Positions 1-12,738 of a DNA stretch of 60,000 bases are shown here, in pieces. The notes below the pieces were generated by a model. That model did no database searches, was not told the DNA's origin, and saw only the letters and a list, made by a program, of their open reading frames with translations. The DNA is taken from the NCBI RefSeq assembly GCF_018977255.1, contig NW_024704743.1, positions 22,694,001 to 22,754,000 of the forward strand, in the 5' to 3' direction. Every line of letters starts with the position of its first letter. The first letter of the stretch is position 1. Both the position numbers and the translations under genes were made by a program. This stretch comes from Callorhinchus milii. Lineage: Eukaryota.

Positions 1-239
1 ACTGATAGGAACAGGAAGTTGGGCTGTGAGTTGTGTTGCCCTTTAGCTGTCTTGCGATTCCATTGTGACAAATTGATAGTTGTCTGAGAGAAGCTCAAGG
101 CAGTACCTTTACTGTTGTCACAGATAGGCAGAAAAAATAGCTTTAGCCTTTCAAAACCTATGGTCTCTTTCACTATTCAGTTAAAGAGTGCCAGAATAGC
201 TCCTCAACCTTATTATCACAACAAACACCCAGAGACAAG

Positions 240-1385
240 AGACTCGTAACCAAAGATTAGCACGTCCCATCTAATGCCAGCTCAACCGCCCCAATCCCCA
301 TAGAGTTCTCAATGAGTAATGTTATTCAATATAAAAGGTAAATTAAATCCTTTTTAATATTTTTAAGAACTTAATTTTTTTTTACAGTCAGTATTTAGCC
401 ACATAAGAAACAATCTTAGAATGGTTTAAAAGCGGAGCAACTAATGATTTGTTTCACCCATGGAATACTTGCGTTTCCTATGCCTGGCACCTATACCTTG
501 CATTTATAAGTATTAAACTTCATTTGCCAGTTATTGGCCCAATCCATATTCTATAAAGCTTGTTTTGTAGGACCGTTGCTGCCTCCTCTAATTCCACAGT
601 TCCCCTCACAACATGGTATTATCTGCAATTATAATTATCTTTAAACTGCATCTGTGAATCTAGGACATTAACATATGAGACGAGCAGGAGGTGTCATAGT
701 ACAGACCCCTTAGGGACCCCGTTTAGTACCTCTCCCTATTTTGACCTAGCTCCCCTAAATAAACCCAAAATAAATTTTAAAATTATTCACTCAGTCCACG
801 ACAGTTTATGGGACACTGCTGTGTGCTGTTGTGTTTCACCCATAAATATACAGTAAATTCACTTTACAGTATATTCTGTGAAGTGCTTTGAGACGTCTAG
901 AAGACATGAAAAGCGCTATTAAATGCAAGGATTATTTCTTTATTTAATTTTTAATTTTTAATTTTAATTTTTATTTAATGCTCCCAGTGACCACAGTTTG
1001 TCGAGGGGGTCTTTCATATGATACTTTGTCAAATGCCTTTTGGAAGTCTAGATGTATTACATCATAAGCTTCCCACAGTCAATTTGGGCTGTCACCTCCT
1101 CAAAAAAAGTCAGTGCGATTGATCAGATAAGACCTTGCCTTTCTGAACCTGGGTGTCAAGTATTAGATTATTTTTATATATGAGTAATCATCCAATTCCT
1201 TTCTGATGATTGACTCCATAATTTTTCCTATTATTGAGGTCATGCTAAGTTGCCAGGTTTAGTTTTGTCACCTTTCTTGAATATGGGAACAACATCTGCT
1301 TGTTTCCAGTCCATTAGACTCTCCCAGTCCTGATTTACTCTCTCATGATATGTATCAGTGCTGCATAAATCTCCTGCTGTGTCTC
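240..1385 (-). mobile_element. Degraded CR1 LINE fragment interrupted by a SINE tail
   Basis: The - strand gives LDFQKAFDKV-like, GVP.GSVL-like and WANNWQMKFN..KCKV motifs of CR1 RT. SINE tail inserted at ~780-945. Confidence 0.8.
780..945 (+). mobile_element. SINE 3' fragment nested in CR1
   Basis: gggacactgctgtgtg...cactttacagtatattctgtgaagtgctttgagacgtc...aaagcgctattaaatgcaaggattatt. Confidence 0.85.
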
Positions 1386-1484
1386 TCTATGTACCAGAAA
1401 TAGGTGAAAATCCACACAAAAAAAGTAATCCCACTTGAAGGGCACAATAGAAATGCAGGTTATAATAATAATAATCCTCACAAT

Positions 1485-1690
1485 CCTTGCGCTATTCGAA
1501 AGAGAGTTTTTCTCTCTCCCATTGTCCTGGCCAACAATTCACTCTATGGCTGTTTGTGGGACATTGCTGTGCGCATATTAACTACATGTTCACCCACAAA
1601 ACACACACTCACTACAATTTACAGTATATTCTGTGAAGCGCTCCTGACATGAAAGGCGCAATAAACAAATGTAAGGATATTATTATTTGA
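1485..1690 (+). mobile_element. Deu-domain SINE 3' fragment
   Basis: gctattcgaaagagag...gtcctggccaac...tgtttgtgggacattgctgtgcgc, matching the copies at 25945 and 52929. Confidence 0.7.
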
Positions 1691-1989
1691 TATAGCGCCT
1701 TACACACGCAAACCGGACTGAAAGTTCCACATAAATATGCCAACTACACATGAAAATTTCCCTGTGTCTAGAATGGAATATGTCTCCCTGGAGGGATGCA
1801 CCTGCTTGCCTAATTCTGGAAAGTATTACCAGCAGGTTGTCAAGAGCCAAGGCTCAGGGACCCTTAGAGTGTGTGTTGGGGTATTGCTGAAGTCTAACCA
1901 ACTAAAATTGCATTGCTTCCCATTGGGAGGTCTGCCTGGCAAGCTTTCCCCCGCTGATTGTTTAGCTTGGATCACCCTACCTGTTGGGG

Positions 1990-2216
1990 AAGTGGTAGCC
2001 AACCTTAATGGTCAGCCAACAAAATTAATTTTCTTGATTGAATATTTCTTGATTTATGCCACAAATCAAGAAATATTCAATGAAGAAAAAGCTGAAAACA
2101 CACTACCAATCGAACATGGACCTACCTAGACTTGTGTGAATTTTCGTGGAGGGGAGACACTTCTTGACGGTCACAGGGCCACTTCCAGCCCATGGGCCAC
2201 TGGTTGTCCACCACTG
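1990..2216. mobile_element. hAT/Charlie-type MITE
   Basis: Imperfect TIRs aagtggtagccaacc / ggttgtccaccactg, flanked by an 8-bp TSD tgttgggg / tgttaggg (7 of 8 match). Confidence 0.6.
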
Positions 2217-2595
2217 TGTTAGGGCTTGGCTTACAGGGTTAACAGGAACTAAGTGAGAAAATTCCTTTGTCTCACTGACCAGTTTACCTTATTGATGTTC
2301 TGCCAAAGGTGATCCTGCTTACCTCTCCCTCTCTAAAAATTTTTTAAAAAAATGTGTAGGAAGAAGATACAATGTACATTTACTGTTTATAGTACTAAAA
2401 ATAAAATGATTCTGACTAGGAGTTCAATTTAACCTATTTTTTGGTTTCAACACCCTTGGGTTAGATCCCTCCAGTACCATGTTTTCCTAAGGCAAGAAGC
2501 AGATTACTGATCTTTTTATAGTGAGAGACGAGACACCACCTCCGGTTAAAGAAGCACCATTTAGTGGTACATACCTTGTTTTTTATATGTTTATA

Positions 2596-2845
2596 GATCA
2601 TAGAATCATAGAATATTACAGCATAGAAGAAGGCCATTCAGCCCATCATCCCTGTGCCAACTCTTTAGAAAAGCTACCCATTCAGTCGCACTTTCCTGCT
2701 CTTTGCCTGTATATTTGCAATTTTTTTCTCTTCAAGTACCTATACAATTCCCTTTTGAAAGTTGTTATTGAATCTGTTTCCACCCTTTCAGCCAGTGCAT
2801 TCCAGACCGTAACAACTCTCTGGAAAAAAATCTCCCCTCTCACAT
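2596..2845 (-). mobile_element. CR1 LINE 3' end
   Basis: (catagaat)n tail. The - strand ORF contains FFQRVVTVWNAL...FKRELYRYL, typical of the CR1 ORF2 C-terminus. Confidence 0.85.
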
Positions 2846-3339
2846 TACTTTGATTAGTTGAAAAAAGATTAAATCTATAAATACTGTTTAGACATTTTAT
2901 ACCCATCACTTATGCAGTTAAACAGAAAAGTCTGTTCAACTCTGGAAGCTACAAAGACAGTGGCTTAGAAATAATACAAGAACAATCCGTTGGTTTTGTT
3001 TCTGGGAGACACCTGGACCTCAGATTAAAGCTCACTAACGTCAGTAACATCTGGTATTGTTATACAACCGTTTGAGATGCCACATAATCAGTGCAGCACT
3101 TGCAATCAGCCCAGACGTTGTTGTAATTTGTTACCTTCATCGTGATGTTATTGTGAGCTTTAGAACACATTCTGGAACTCATTTAATGCCAGATTCCACG
3201 TTGGCTTTTCATGATATGGAAATTTTGTATGTTTATTGATGTTCTAAAAAGTAAATGAGTTCTGTCTGACGCTGTTTATATTAATGATCTGGATTCACAG
3301 ACCCAGTACATGTAGTTAAATTTGCTTTGGACGCCGAGG

Positions 3340-3590
3340 GTGCAGCAAAGATCTTCTTGCAAAGAGAGCTTGAAAGGAAATGCACATTGGCTGATGACGA
3401 CTGGCCAAATGAAGTTCAATAGAGCTAAATAAGAATAGGAGCCACAGGTATAGGATATTGGTTAGAACCTTCCAAGGAGGAAGCTGAAAGATATATAGGA
3501 GTGGTATTTGATTTGTTGCTTGCCATAGCTAAGCAGTGTGAGGTTGCAATAAACAAGACAAATGGAATGCTATATTATCAAATCAATGTA
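3340..3590 (+). mobile_element. Degraded CR1 fragment
   Basis: ggccaaatgaagttcaat (QMKFN) and aagcagtgtgaggttgcaataaacaagacaaatggaatgct (QC..A.NK.NGML) remnants. Confidence 0.55.
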
Positions 3591-3644
3591 GAACATGGGG
3601 TCAGGCTTATTTAAGTAACACTTGATGTATAGCAAAAATTTACA

Positions 3645-4215
3645 TTTATATAGTACCCATCACGTAAGATAATGTGTTTGGGCTCTTTACAATGACAGTG
3701 TTTGTAGGGGGAGGTAATCATAGGCACAGTCAAAAAGGTAGGTTTTAAGTAGGACTAAAACCAGAGAGGGAGAGGACAATATCGAAGGTTAGAGGGAGAG
3801 CATCCAGAATTTGAGGGTGTAGCAGCTGAAAGCTCAGCCACCAATGGTGGCAAGGGTATAGCGGATGATACACAACAACTTCAAGTTAGCTAAGGGGAGA
3901 GGAATGAGGAGAGTGGGGTAGGGAGATGCTTGGGTGTGAAGAGATTTATAAATGAGGGTGAGGACTGGAGCCAACAGAGCATGGCAAAGGTTAGGGTAGG
4001 GGACAAACAGGATTTGGTCCGGATGATGATGTGGGCATCGGAGTTTTGAATGAGTTAGAGTTAATAGATGGTGGAGCTAAGGAGACCATTAAGCAGTGCA
4101 TTTGAAAAAGCCAGATGGGAGGTAACAAAGGCATGGATAAGGATTCAGCAGCATTTGATGTGAGATAGGGGAGATGGCTGGTGTAGAGTAGAAGAAAAGC
4201 TGTCAGGGACTGGAT
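3645..4215 (-). mobile_element. Old L2 LINE 3' fragment
   Basis: Purine-rich + strand complementary to the L2 3' region, with a tail remnant tttacattttatatagtacc near 3640-3660. Confidence 0.55.
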
Positions 4216-4394
4216 GTGAAAGAAAAAGGATAGCTGAGGATTACCAAGGTGATAGTAGGTCAGTAGGGTGGGTGTTCCAGAAGGATGAAACAAAATGATC
4301 TGAAGGGCTTTCTTCATCTCATTCTCCCTTGTGATCTTGTTATGTATGTGTTGTGCCAGCAATAGTGATGATGAATTCCCTCTTGTGCTAAGCA

Positions 4395-4551
4395 TTGTAA
4401 CTTTGGGAGAAGTATGCTTAGAATGGAAAAATTGCATTATAAGCACACATCTTCAAACTCACTTTAATTGGAAAAAGAGAAATTTATTGCCTCCGTTTTC
4501 ATTTTCCTGATGGCAAAAGCACAGATAAATGACAATGTTGAGCAAATACAC
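4395..4551 (+). repeat. 157-bp direct repeat, copy 1
   Basis: ttgtaactttgggagaagtatgcttagaatgg...gagcaaatacac, nearly identical to 6332-6490. Confidence 0.95.
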
Positions 4552-4751
4552 TCTGAAATTGCAATTGGGCACTTTCAGTCGGCCCGCGATTTGTAAAGTG
4601 GGAATTCTAACTGTCTTGACTATTTTGGTTGAGTGAGTGGAGTGTTGCAATTTGCATTGCTAAAAGACTGTGTGAACAGAAGGCGTACATACCAATTATT
4701 GGTAGAATTTGCCTATAATGATTTCTGCAGGTATTAGTCTGACCTTAGCAT

Positions 4752-5972
4752 AGTGGACAAGGGCTCCCTCTTCCTCCTTGTCCTTCTGGACCTCTCCGCC
4801 GCTTTCGACACAGTTGATCACGCCATTCTCCTCCATCGCCTTTCCTCCGTCATCCACCTCAGTGGGACCGCGCTCGCCTGGTTCGACACTGACCTCACGG
4901 ACCGCCAGCAGTACATCTGCACAAACGGCTTTTCCTCCCGCTCTCACCCGGTTACCTGCGGGGTACCCAAAGGATCCATCCTTGGCCCCCTCCTCTTTAC
5001 GATCTACATGCTCCCTCTTGGCGATGTCATCCGCAGACATGTATGTATTTTTCCACCTCACTTTGTGACCCCCAGTCCCCTGATGTTCTGTCAGCCTGCC
5101 TGTCAGACAGCAGGAGCTGGATGACGCGAATTTCCTTCAGCTAAATGTTGACAAGATGGAAGCCATACTCTTTGGCTCTCGTCAACGTCTAAAATCAAAC
5201 AGCTCTCACTTCCTTCACCTACCCGACCTCCCTCTAAAACTCTCCGAACCCGTACGCAACCTTGGCGTCAGGTTTGACCCCCAATTATCCTTCCTCCCCC
5301 ACATCCAGTCCCTCACCAGCACCACTTTCTTCCACCTCTGACGCATTGCCTGTCTCTGCCAATACCTCACTCCAAAAGCCGTTGAAACCCTGGTCCATGC
5401 CTTTGTCACCTCTCGGCTGGACTATTCAAATGCCCCCCTCGCCAGTCTCCCCTCCACTACCATTCATAAAATCCAATTCATACAAAACTCTGCCGCCTGC
5501 ATGCTTACCCGCTCCAAACTCTGCTCCCCGATCACCCCAGTCCTTGCCAGACTGCACTGGCTCCCTGTCCCAGAGAGGATTGACTTCAAGATCCTCACCC
5601 TTGTCTTCAAATCTCTCCACTCCTCTGCACTCCCCAACCTCTCTGACCTCTCTCCTCACAACAGTGCCCATTGCCTTCGCTCCACCGGATCTGGCCTCCT
5701 CCTTGTCCCCCAAATCCTCCGCTCCACCATCGGAGGCCGTGCCTTCAACCACTATGCCCCGAGGCTCTAGAACTCCCTTCCTCACTCCCTTCGCCTCGCC
5801 TCCTCTCTTCCCACTTTCAGGTCTCGGCTGAAGACCTTTCTTTTCGACTGCGCCTTTCGTCACCTTCCTCCCCCTCCCCCTGGCTCGGCCCCAGGATCCG
5901 TTACTGTGAAGCCCTCTGAGACGCCGTCCGGCATGGAGGGCGCTATATAAATCCAAGTTGTTGTTGTTGTTG
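4752..5972 (+). mobile_element. 5'-truncated L2-clade LINE (RT and 3'UTR), disrupted
   Basis: LLDLSAAFDTVDH, GVPKGSILGPLLF, NLGVRFD, LHWLPVPERIDFK; ends gcgctatataaatccaa(gtt)n. Confidence 0.95.
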
Positions 5973-6331
5973 TCTGGTGAATGTTAAGCATATGCTCTTA
6001 TAAGTTTGGTATTTGTTCAACTTGGATCACTCTGCACATCAAGGGTTTGGTTTGCATCGTGAAGACCTAGTCTGATTGAAGTGCTAGTTGTTGATCAGCT
6101 ATTAATTATGGCTTGAATTAGTGTGGGTCTGCTTGACTTCACCTCCTTGAAGGATTTCCTTTTAAATAAAGACCCAACGCTCATTATACCGACTTCAAAA
6201 GGGTAAAGAGAGCTCAGTGGTCCCACCAGCATTTGAACCAGACACGAAGGAATTTCCTTAGGTAGGTGGCAAACATAGACTAGAACTCTCAGTCTGGTCT
6301 GGGTTCTCTTAAGTAATGATTTCACCTCATG

Positions 6332-6490
6332 TTGTAACTTTGGGAGAAGTATGCTTAGAATGGAAAAAAATTGCATTATAAACACACATCTTCAAACTCA
6401 CTTTAATTGGAAAAAGAGAAATTTATTGCTTCCGTTTTTATTTTCCCGATGGCAAAAGCACAGATAAATGACAATGTGGAGCAAATACAC
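6332..6490 (+). repeat. 157-bp direct repeat, copy 2
   Basis: Differs from copy 1 by about 5 substitutions and 2 extra A residues. Confidence 0.95.
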
Positions 6491-7351
6491 CCGGTTGACG
6501 AGGAAAGAGGATTTGAACCCAGTACCTGCCAACCCCAAGTCCAATACTGAACAGCGTGTACAATTTCCACAGCATAAGGTCAAGCCACGACTTAATCATA
6601 CATGCTTATTTTCGACTCAAGTTTATTCCAATATTTTTTAATTGTTTGACTGCTGTTCACATATTAATGATCGAGAACAGCTGCGATTCTCTTGTTTTCA
6701 AAAACAAGAGTGGCCTTTCCCTGCTGTGTGACAGTTATATAGCCCTAACTCCACAGTATTCTCTGGTTTTCTCACACTGAGAACAAGAGAAAAATCAGAG
6801 ATACAGACTGCAAGAAGTCGTAGATCACTGGCTAACATAAGAAAGCTTGAGATCATGATCGTGAGGGGGGAGAGCAGGGTATTGTGATCTGAGGCATTGG
6901 ACCATCTCTGGTGCCAGTGAGCCAACTTGTTTCAGGAGCAGTACAAGTGATCTGGAGCTCTCTGGGACGTATTGAGGAAAATTCTAAGCCATAAATATCA
7001 GAAATAATTGCTGACAACAGTGCCATCACATGACTAACCATAACACTCCTGCTCACATTGCAGGAAATATCATAAAGTTATCAATGCTATTTGGAACTGA
7101 ACCACGACTTGGTTTGAACTCCATCTCCACCCATATCATTTAAATTCACAGGATTTAGCTTGGTAATAAGTAAGGGACAAAATAAAATGGGGATAAACTC
7201 TTTTTAATCTAAATGATTGATTAAATCATTTTAGTGCTCCGAGACGCTGTCTTTCATGAAGGGCGTGCTCTATATAATGCAAGTTGCTGTTGCTGATTGT
7301 ATCTGAGTTGCATCCAACTGACCTAATATTTAACTTTTGTTTTAATACCAG

Positions 7352-7525
7352 GTGGCACCAGTAATAAAGGAGAGGATGATGAAGAAGGGCAGTATGATGG
7401 TGGGTTATCAGCCTCACCGAGACAAGGTCAACTTCTTCCGACAAATCATCATCAGTCCTCTGGTCAGGCGTGAAGATATGGACTTCGTCCTCAATGAAAT
7501 TGATGCTCTGGGGAAGGACTTGTAA
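7352..7525 (+). CDS. GADL1: GADL1 (glutamate decarboxylase-like 1, PLP-dependent) last coding exon
   Basis: Acceptor ttttgttttaataccag|GTG at 7351/7352, phase 0. Translates VAPVIKERMMKKGSMMVGYQPHRDKVNFFRQIIISPLVRREDMDFVLNEIDALGKDL* (TAA 7523-7525). From memory this is closer to the GADL1 C-terminus than to CSAD, and it converges on TGFBR2 as in human. No upstream exons recognised in 1-7351. Confidence 0.93.
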   Translation: MAPVIKERMMKKGSMMVGYQPHRDKVNFFRQIIISPLVRREDMDFVLNEIDALGKDL

Positions 7526-10500
7526 TTAGGGTTAAGACAAAGCTCATGTTCTGTTTACAGTGGCAGTATGTTTACTAGAAAGAGCTTGAGAATGTTCAGG
7601 GTTCAGCACTAACTTGTACTGTATACTCATTTTAGCATGAACAAAATTAACACTGATGAAGCAGACTTCACTTTTCAGAACACATATACTTGTTTATTTT
7701 ACAGAACAACTGATGAGGCGTGTGGATTCTTGATGAAATATTGATTAGCTATATTTTTATGTCGTTCCTGTTAATATATATAAAACTCTCTCTCTATATA
7801 TATATATGTAGTATATATATATAACCATATATACCTATCTGTAAAATAGTGGCATTCAGTTTTGATATCATACGCGTAAGTTTAAATAAAGAGAAACTTT
7901 AGGCCATGTTCCTTCATTTACATATTACCCCACTCTCTGGCTGTATGGCTCCAGTCTCAAAATATCCCTTTAACAGAGAGTTGCAAGAGTCACTGTAGCA
8001 CCAGTTAGAGTTGATTCCACCATTGATCATGGATCTTGATTCCATGGTTCGATATCAAGAGCAAAATAATTAAATATCTTTTTAAATCCGAGTTGTGCAC
8101 CATACAGTGGCTAAACTCCCAATTTTAAACAATGGGTAACTTTCATTTGGTGTTTATACTGAATCAGGGAGTCAATGATTTGTCTAAATCCCATGACCCA
8201 ATGAAGGATAAATGTATTGCGAGACAATACATCCCACTGAAGGAATTTTTAAGCTGGCAGATGCTAGAGAGAGGGGTTGACAGGCAGTTCACATGACCTA
8301 CAATGGGAGATTTGAACTACCTTTGTGTTTATAACTGTCATTATTATAGTGTTGCATATCAGAAAATTGCAAATAAATTGTTTAAAATAAAATGTGCACT
8401 GATAATGAAGAGAATAGGCAGTGGAGAACTTTGGGATGTATAACTTATTTCCCTCTAGAGTAAGTTCCTAGAGTTAAGTTCAAAGTTTCTAGTTGAGAAT
8501 CTACTATTTACTTAGGATTTATTTTTTAAAGCTTTGTTTTCTACAGTTATTGAAGTCGTGATACGATAATTCAAGGGAGATGTGTTCTACTGCTTAGATC
8601 TAAATGTGAAAAAAAGATGTCTGGTGTCACTTGGTCGTTCTCTTGTTCTTTTTTGTGTGCTTTTAAACTAGTGGTTATTAGCAGCTGGAGAACAAATATT
8701 TTGTAAAGCGCTCCCCATTCACTGATGTCATGGGCTTCCACTGGGGAGGGTCGTTGTTGAAATAATTATGTTCCCAGGCTGCTTCTAATGAGATTATGCC
8801 TGTTTGAGTGCCAGTAGGTATAGTCTGTCTCTGTGGGCATATTTTCAGCTCTCACACTGACAGTAAAAGCAAATAATAAATCTTCAAAAACATAAGGAAC
8901 AGCTTTGATACTGCATTATCGTATTATTAATCCTATCCACTAAAAATAATCTAAAGTAACATTTTAAACTATCCTCACAGTTATCCCCTGTTTGTTACAT
9001 TTTCTCTTTTCGCTTTATTGTACGTAATTTTTATTGGCTCAAAACTGGCCAATTTCTAGCCACGTAGCTTTAGATTGCCTGCAAAACTGGTCAATTTTTC
9101 CTCTCTTAGAGATAGTTTCATTAATCTTTATCCAGGGGCAAATGTCAGCCTGCAGATAAAAATACATGTTAATGATGCTTCAAGAAAACAACAGGAAACT
9201 TGACTGCATCAATAAGTGTATAGTTGCTGCATATATAACATTTAATGTTATGTGAGTATATAATAGAACAAATTTAATGATATAAAATAATACTCCAGTG
9301 ATACTGAAGTAAACTTCCGTAAAAGCAATCACAAACCATTATTATCAATATCGCTGCACAAGAACTGCTTAAAAAAAACTAGCAGTCACACCCTGATGTG
9401 GCTGGAAAATCAGCTTGACTTATATTGATACTGAGCATTTCAGTAAAGTAGATTATTATTACTTGCTTGCCGTCAAGAACAATTATAACCTTGTCAACTG
9501 CTTTTTTAAATATGTTCCTTGTGTGAAGGACTCAGCGGGTTAACTAGTTTCAGAACTGTGCAACACTATCTGTACCTAGGGTTTTAATATAGTAGTTTAT
9601 GTGATGTACATAATAATTGCTGCAGCATTTGTAGAGACAGGGAGGTATTTGTTACTTAACCACCCAAAAACTAGTGCAGTTTAGCTTTAGCTAATTCTTG
9701 TAGCTATTCCTTTGGTTTGCTGGATATTTTACTGAAGAACTTAGTTTCTGCATTCACAGTTGAGGAAGTGTTACGAAATCTCTCTTAAAGAGGCACTGTT
9801 GCCAATAATTTTCACCTTGCTTGTCTGCGATCTGTTTGTGAAAAAAAAACTAATTCAACATTAACACATTTGTTACAGAATCTCATGCTGTCCTCGATTC
9901 CAAATAATGGAATATTCTGAAAGGTTTAAAAAAGCAACATTTTCACCCAGATTTTTTTTCAAAAGAAGCATTTTTGCATAATTTGCTGCAACATAATCTT
10001 TCAGATAACTCTGCTTGTTGTTAGTAAATGTTGTTGTCCGTTCTAAGGTGCCATTGTCATTTGACTCCTTTCCTACCAAATTGACAGTGCCCCCTAAAAA
10101 ATGGCTGGAACATAGGTTTTACCAGTGTTCAATAGCGTGTTTTAGATCAGTTTAGTGCTAGGCTACTGACATGACATACTTTTTTTTTAAAAAGTACTAT
10201 TTGAATTTATAAAACCTTTTCAGAGGTGTGCGTTGTAAACGATCCTGTGGATTGAAGTCAGGAAATTCATGGGTCAGGAGAGCAAAGAGCAAATGTTCCT
10301 AAAGCCAGAAAAGATTTCTAGAAGAAGGTTTTGTGCATTCTCAATGATAGTAAACCTGACCTAGAAAAGCCAAACCTCCCATGGATAAATTGTCTGAATT
10401 TTGAGAGTTCACAATTTGAATTATTTTTTGAAGATACTCTACATAAAACAGCACTTTTTATAAGTTGTCTCAACTGTTACAATATTCTGCAAGGATGTTT

Positions 10501-12180
10501 TTTTTATATATATGAAAGGTTTCTACTCAGGCCTTCTATATTATTCAGTGACTGACAATGTTCCAGTCAGGCCTGAATGTATATGTTTTGAGGAAAATTA
10601 AGGAGTAGAGAGGAAAGAAGAGGTAAAAATGTTAATTGGCAGAAAGGGATCTTTTTAAAAAACAGTTTAGAATCTAAAGCTTTCAGTAATGTTTTTATTA
10701 GCAATGTGATAATTCAAGCAGCACATTTCATGTGCACATACACTTTGTAATGCCATCAGCAATAATACTAACTCTGTTGGTAGGCTGATGAATGTCAGCC
10801 TCACTAACGGTGAATTCTGTGCATTGTTATGAGCTTGCTTGCAGTGTACACGTGTTTGCAAAGCATATCAAATTGTCCCTCTTCCCAATCCTCTCCCACC
10901 CAACACACAAAAAACAAAACAAAATCCCATTGCCGCATTGAAAGAGAGTTGTTTCTTTTTGTGTGAAATCTTTATGGGGCCTTTAGTGAGTTGTCAGCAC
11001 AAATGCTCTAATGTTTACAAGTGAATCCTTGTACATTGCACATTTGGTTAATTGTGACTGATCTGTTACAACCATCTTTGGTTCTATTTACATCAAGTTG
11101 TGTTTTGACAGATCATTTCTTATTGACAGCAATATTGAGTTTTTAGTGTGCGATTTTGTTATACCTGAAATTTCCAAGGCAGTGGTGCAATATGATTTAA
11201 TCGGAAAACTATTGAAACATATTAAGTATTCTCTTGGAATATATTGATAGTAAAACATGTGCCTGAAAAAACATTCCTGGATGGAATTTTTTGATGTTAT
11301 TTATTTTTAACATTTCTGTTAGTATTTATCAGTAAACTAATAGATTTGTGTTTGTAGAAATCTTTGTGATTCTAGAAGACTAGAGACATGCACACAATGG
11401 TCGAACAAAGTTGGTAGATATTAGAAAAATCTCGATTTAGTGGCAAATGTCAGAATTTATCAGTGGCTTTAAGTGGGAAACAGTTTTACTGATAAATGTT
11501 AGTTTGTGTGAAGCACTGAAAATTGAGAAGTCTGAAAGAATGCTCAAGTCAAAATATTTTTGGAGATCAGGTAACTGACTAGGAGGAAAATGAGTCACAA
11601 GTGCTCCAGGCAATTGGTAAAGAATTGATAATTGGTAACACATTTACTGACCTTCAGTTTAGAAACATATAAATATGTTAATGAACAATCTGCGAGTCTT
11701 TGAATTTTACAAACAAAACATGGAGCATTTAAATTATTTTCTTTTAAACATTTAAAAAATGTGCTATGTCATGTTGTTTTTACACTTAATATTGTGTACT
11801 AAAAGTATTTATGTTTGCTGGTAAAGCTGCTTATGAGGTGATCACTATCTTTGTTTAGTGTCGCTATTTCTCTCTCAGGCACACTGTCCATCATGAAATG
11901 CTGGACTTGTGACATGGCAAGAGTGAGGCCTTACAATAACCTTCCTTTATGTAATGACAGAAGTGGAGTTTTCCCACATTATCTTACACAGTGCAGTGAT
12001 GTGAATGTTTTGGACCATTTAATCTGAAGTAGAATTAAGAATTTTTAAAAAACTACACTTAGTTGCTATTAACTTACTTGAGTTAGACTTGGATGTGATG
12101 ACTGCTATCTTTTGGTGTTGAAATAAGATGTTATTAATGCTGTTAAATAAAATATAATAAACTAGTTTACTGTCACTGGT
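7526..12180 (+). other. GADL1: Putative GADL1 3'UTR (long, AT-rich, almost free of repeats)
   Basis: Follows the stop codon and lacks the SINE/LINE fragments dense elsewhere. AATAAA at 7885, 8372, 8386 and 8875; tandem AATAAA at 12146 and 12156 followed by a GT/T-rich tract. The true end is uncertain. Confidence 0.5.
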
Positions 12181-12190
12181 GTTTTTTTTT
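12146..12190 (+). terminator. Candidate distal polyadenylation signal of GADL1
   Basis: AATAAA at 12146-12151 and 12156-12161, then ctggtgttttttttt as a downstream element. Confidence 0.45.
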
Positions 12191-12393
12191 AAACTTTCAT
12201 TTTAAAAAAATGCATCAATATATTTTGTGTACAGTTGTGTGGTTCTTGGGTCCCACTGGCGCAGTGAAGCTTCACAGTCGGTCATTGTTTGGCTGCAAAA
12301 ATGCACAGGTTTCCACTGTGGTGAAATGGATAAACATGGATAAAATAATTTGAATAATGTGAGTGTAAACCAACAAGCCACCCTCCACATTGT

Positions 12394-12738
12394 GGTGTCC
12401 TGTAGCATAGTGGTTCGAGAGGATCCGGGTTCGATTGCTGACGGGGTGAAACCTTAGACAAGTTTCCTTACTACACACGCTTCTGTTTACCTAGCAGTAA
12501 GTAGGAACCTGGTTGTTAGTCGATTGGCGAATCGCTTTCCAGGGGTAATAACCCTTCAAAATCTAACATTTGGTCACTCCTTCGATGACCGTTTGTGGAA
12601 TACTGCAGTGCACAATTGGCTGCCCTGTTTTGTCCCAAAATACAGTCAATCCATTTTATAATGTATTCTGTGAAGTGCTTTGTGACTTCGCAATGGTATG
12701 ATAAGGCACTATATCAAATTCAAGGATTATCATTATTA
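12394..12738 (+). mobile_element. tRNA-derived CORE-like SINE, long subfamily, near full length
   Basis: A-box tagcatagtgg, B-box gggttcgatt, core accttagacaagtttcctta...ctgtttacctagcagtaagtaggaacc, L2-type tail. Confidence 0.88.

Noticed and set aside
4753..5956. Overlapping ORFs as host genes or an active retroelement
   Set aside because: They are frameshifted pieces or antisense shadows of truncated L2 ORF2. The same applies at 26247-27264, 32583-33885, 48472-49225 and 50450-51135.
6040..6330. Gypsy RNase H-like remnant on the - strand (QTLDVQSDPS)
   Set aside because: The resemblance is too short, with no supporting RT or integrase motifs.
1..7351. Penultimate GADL1 exon (expected N-x-CFWY-x-PPSLR motif)
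   Set aside because: No matching sequence seen; presumably upstream of the window.
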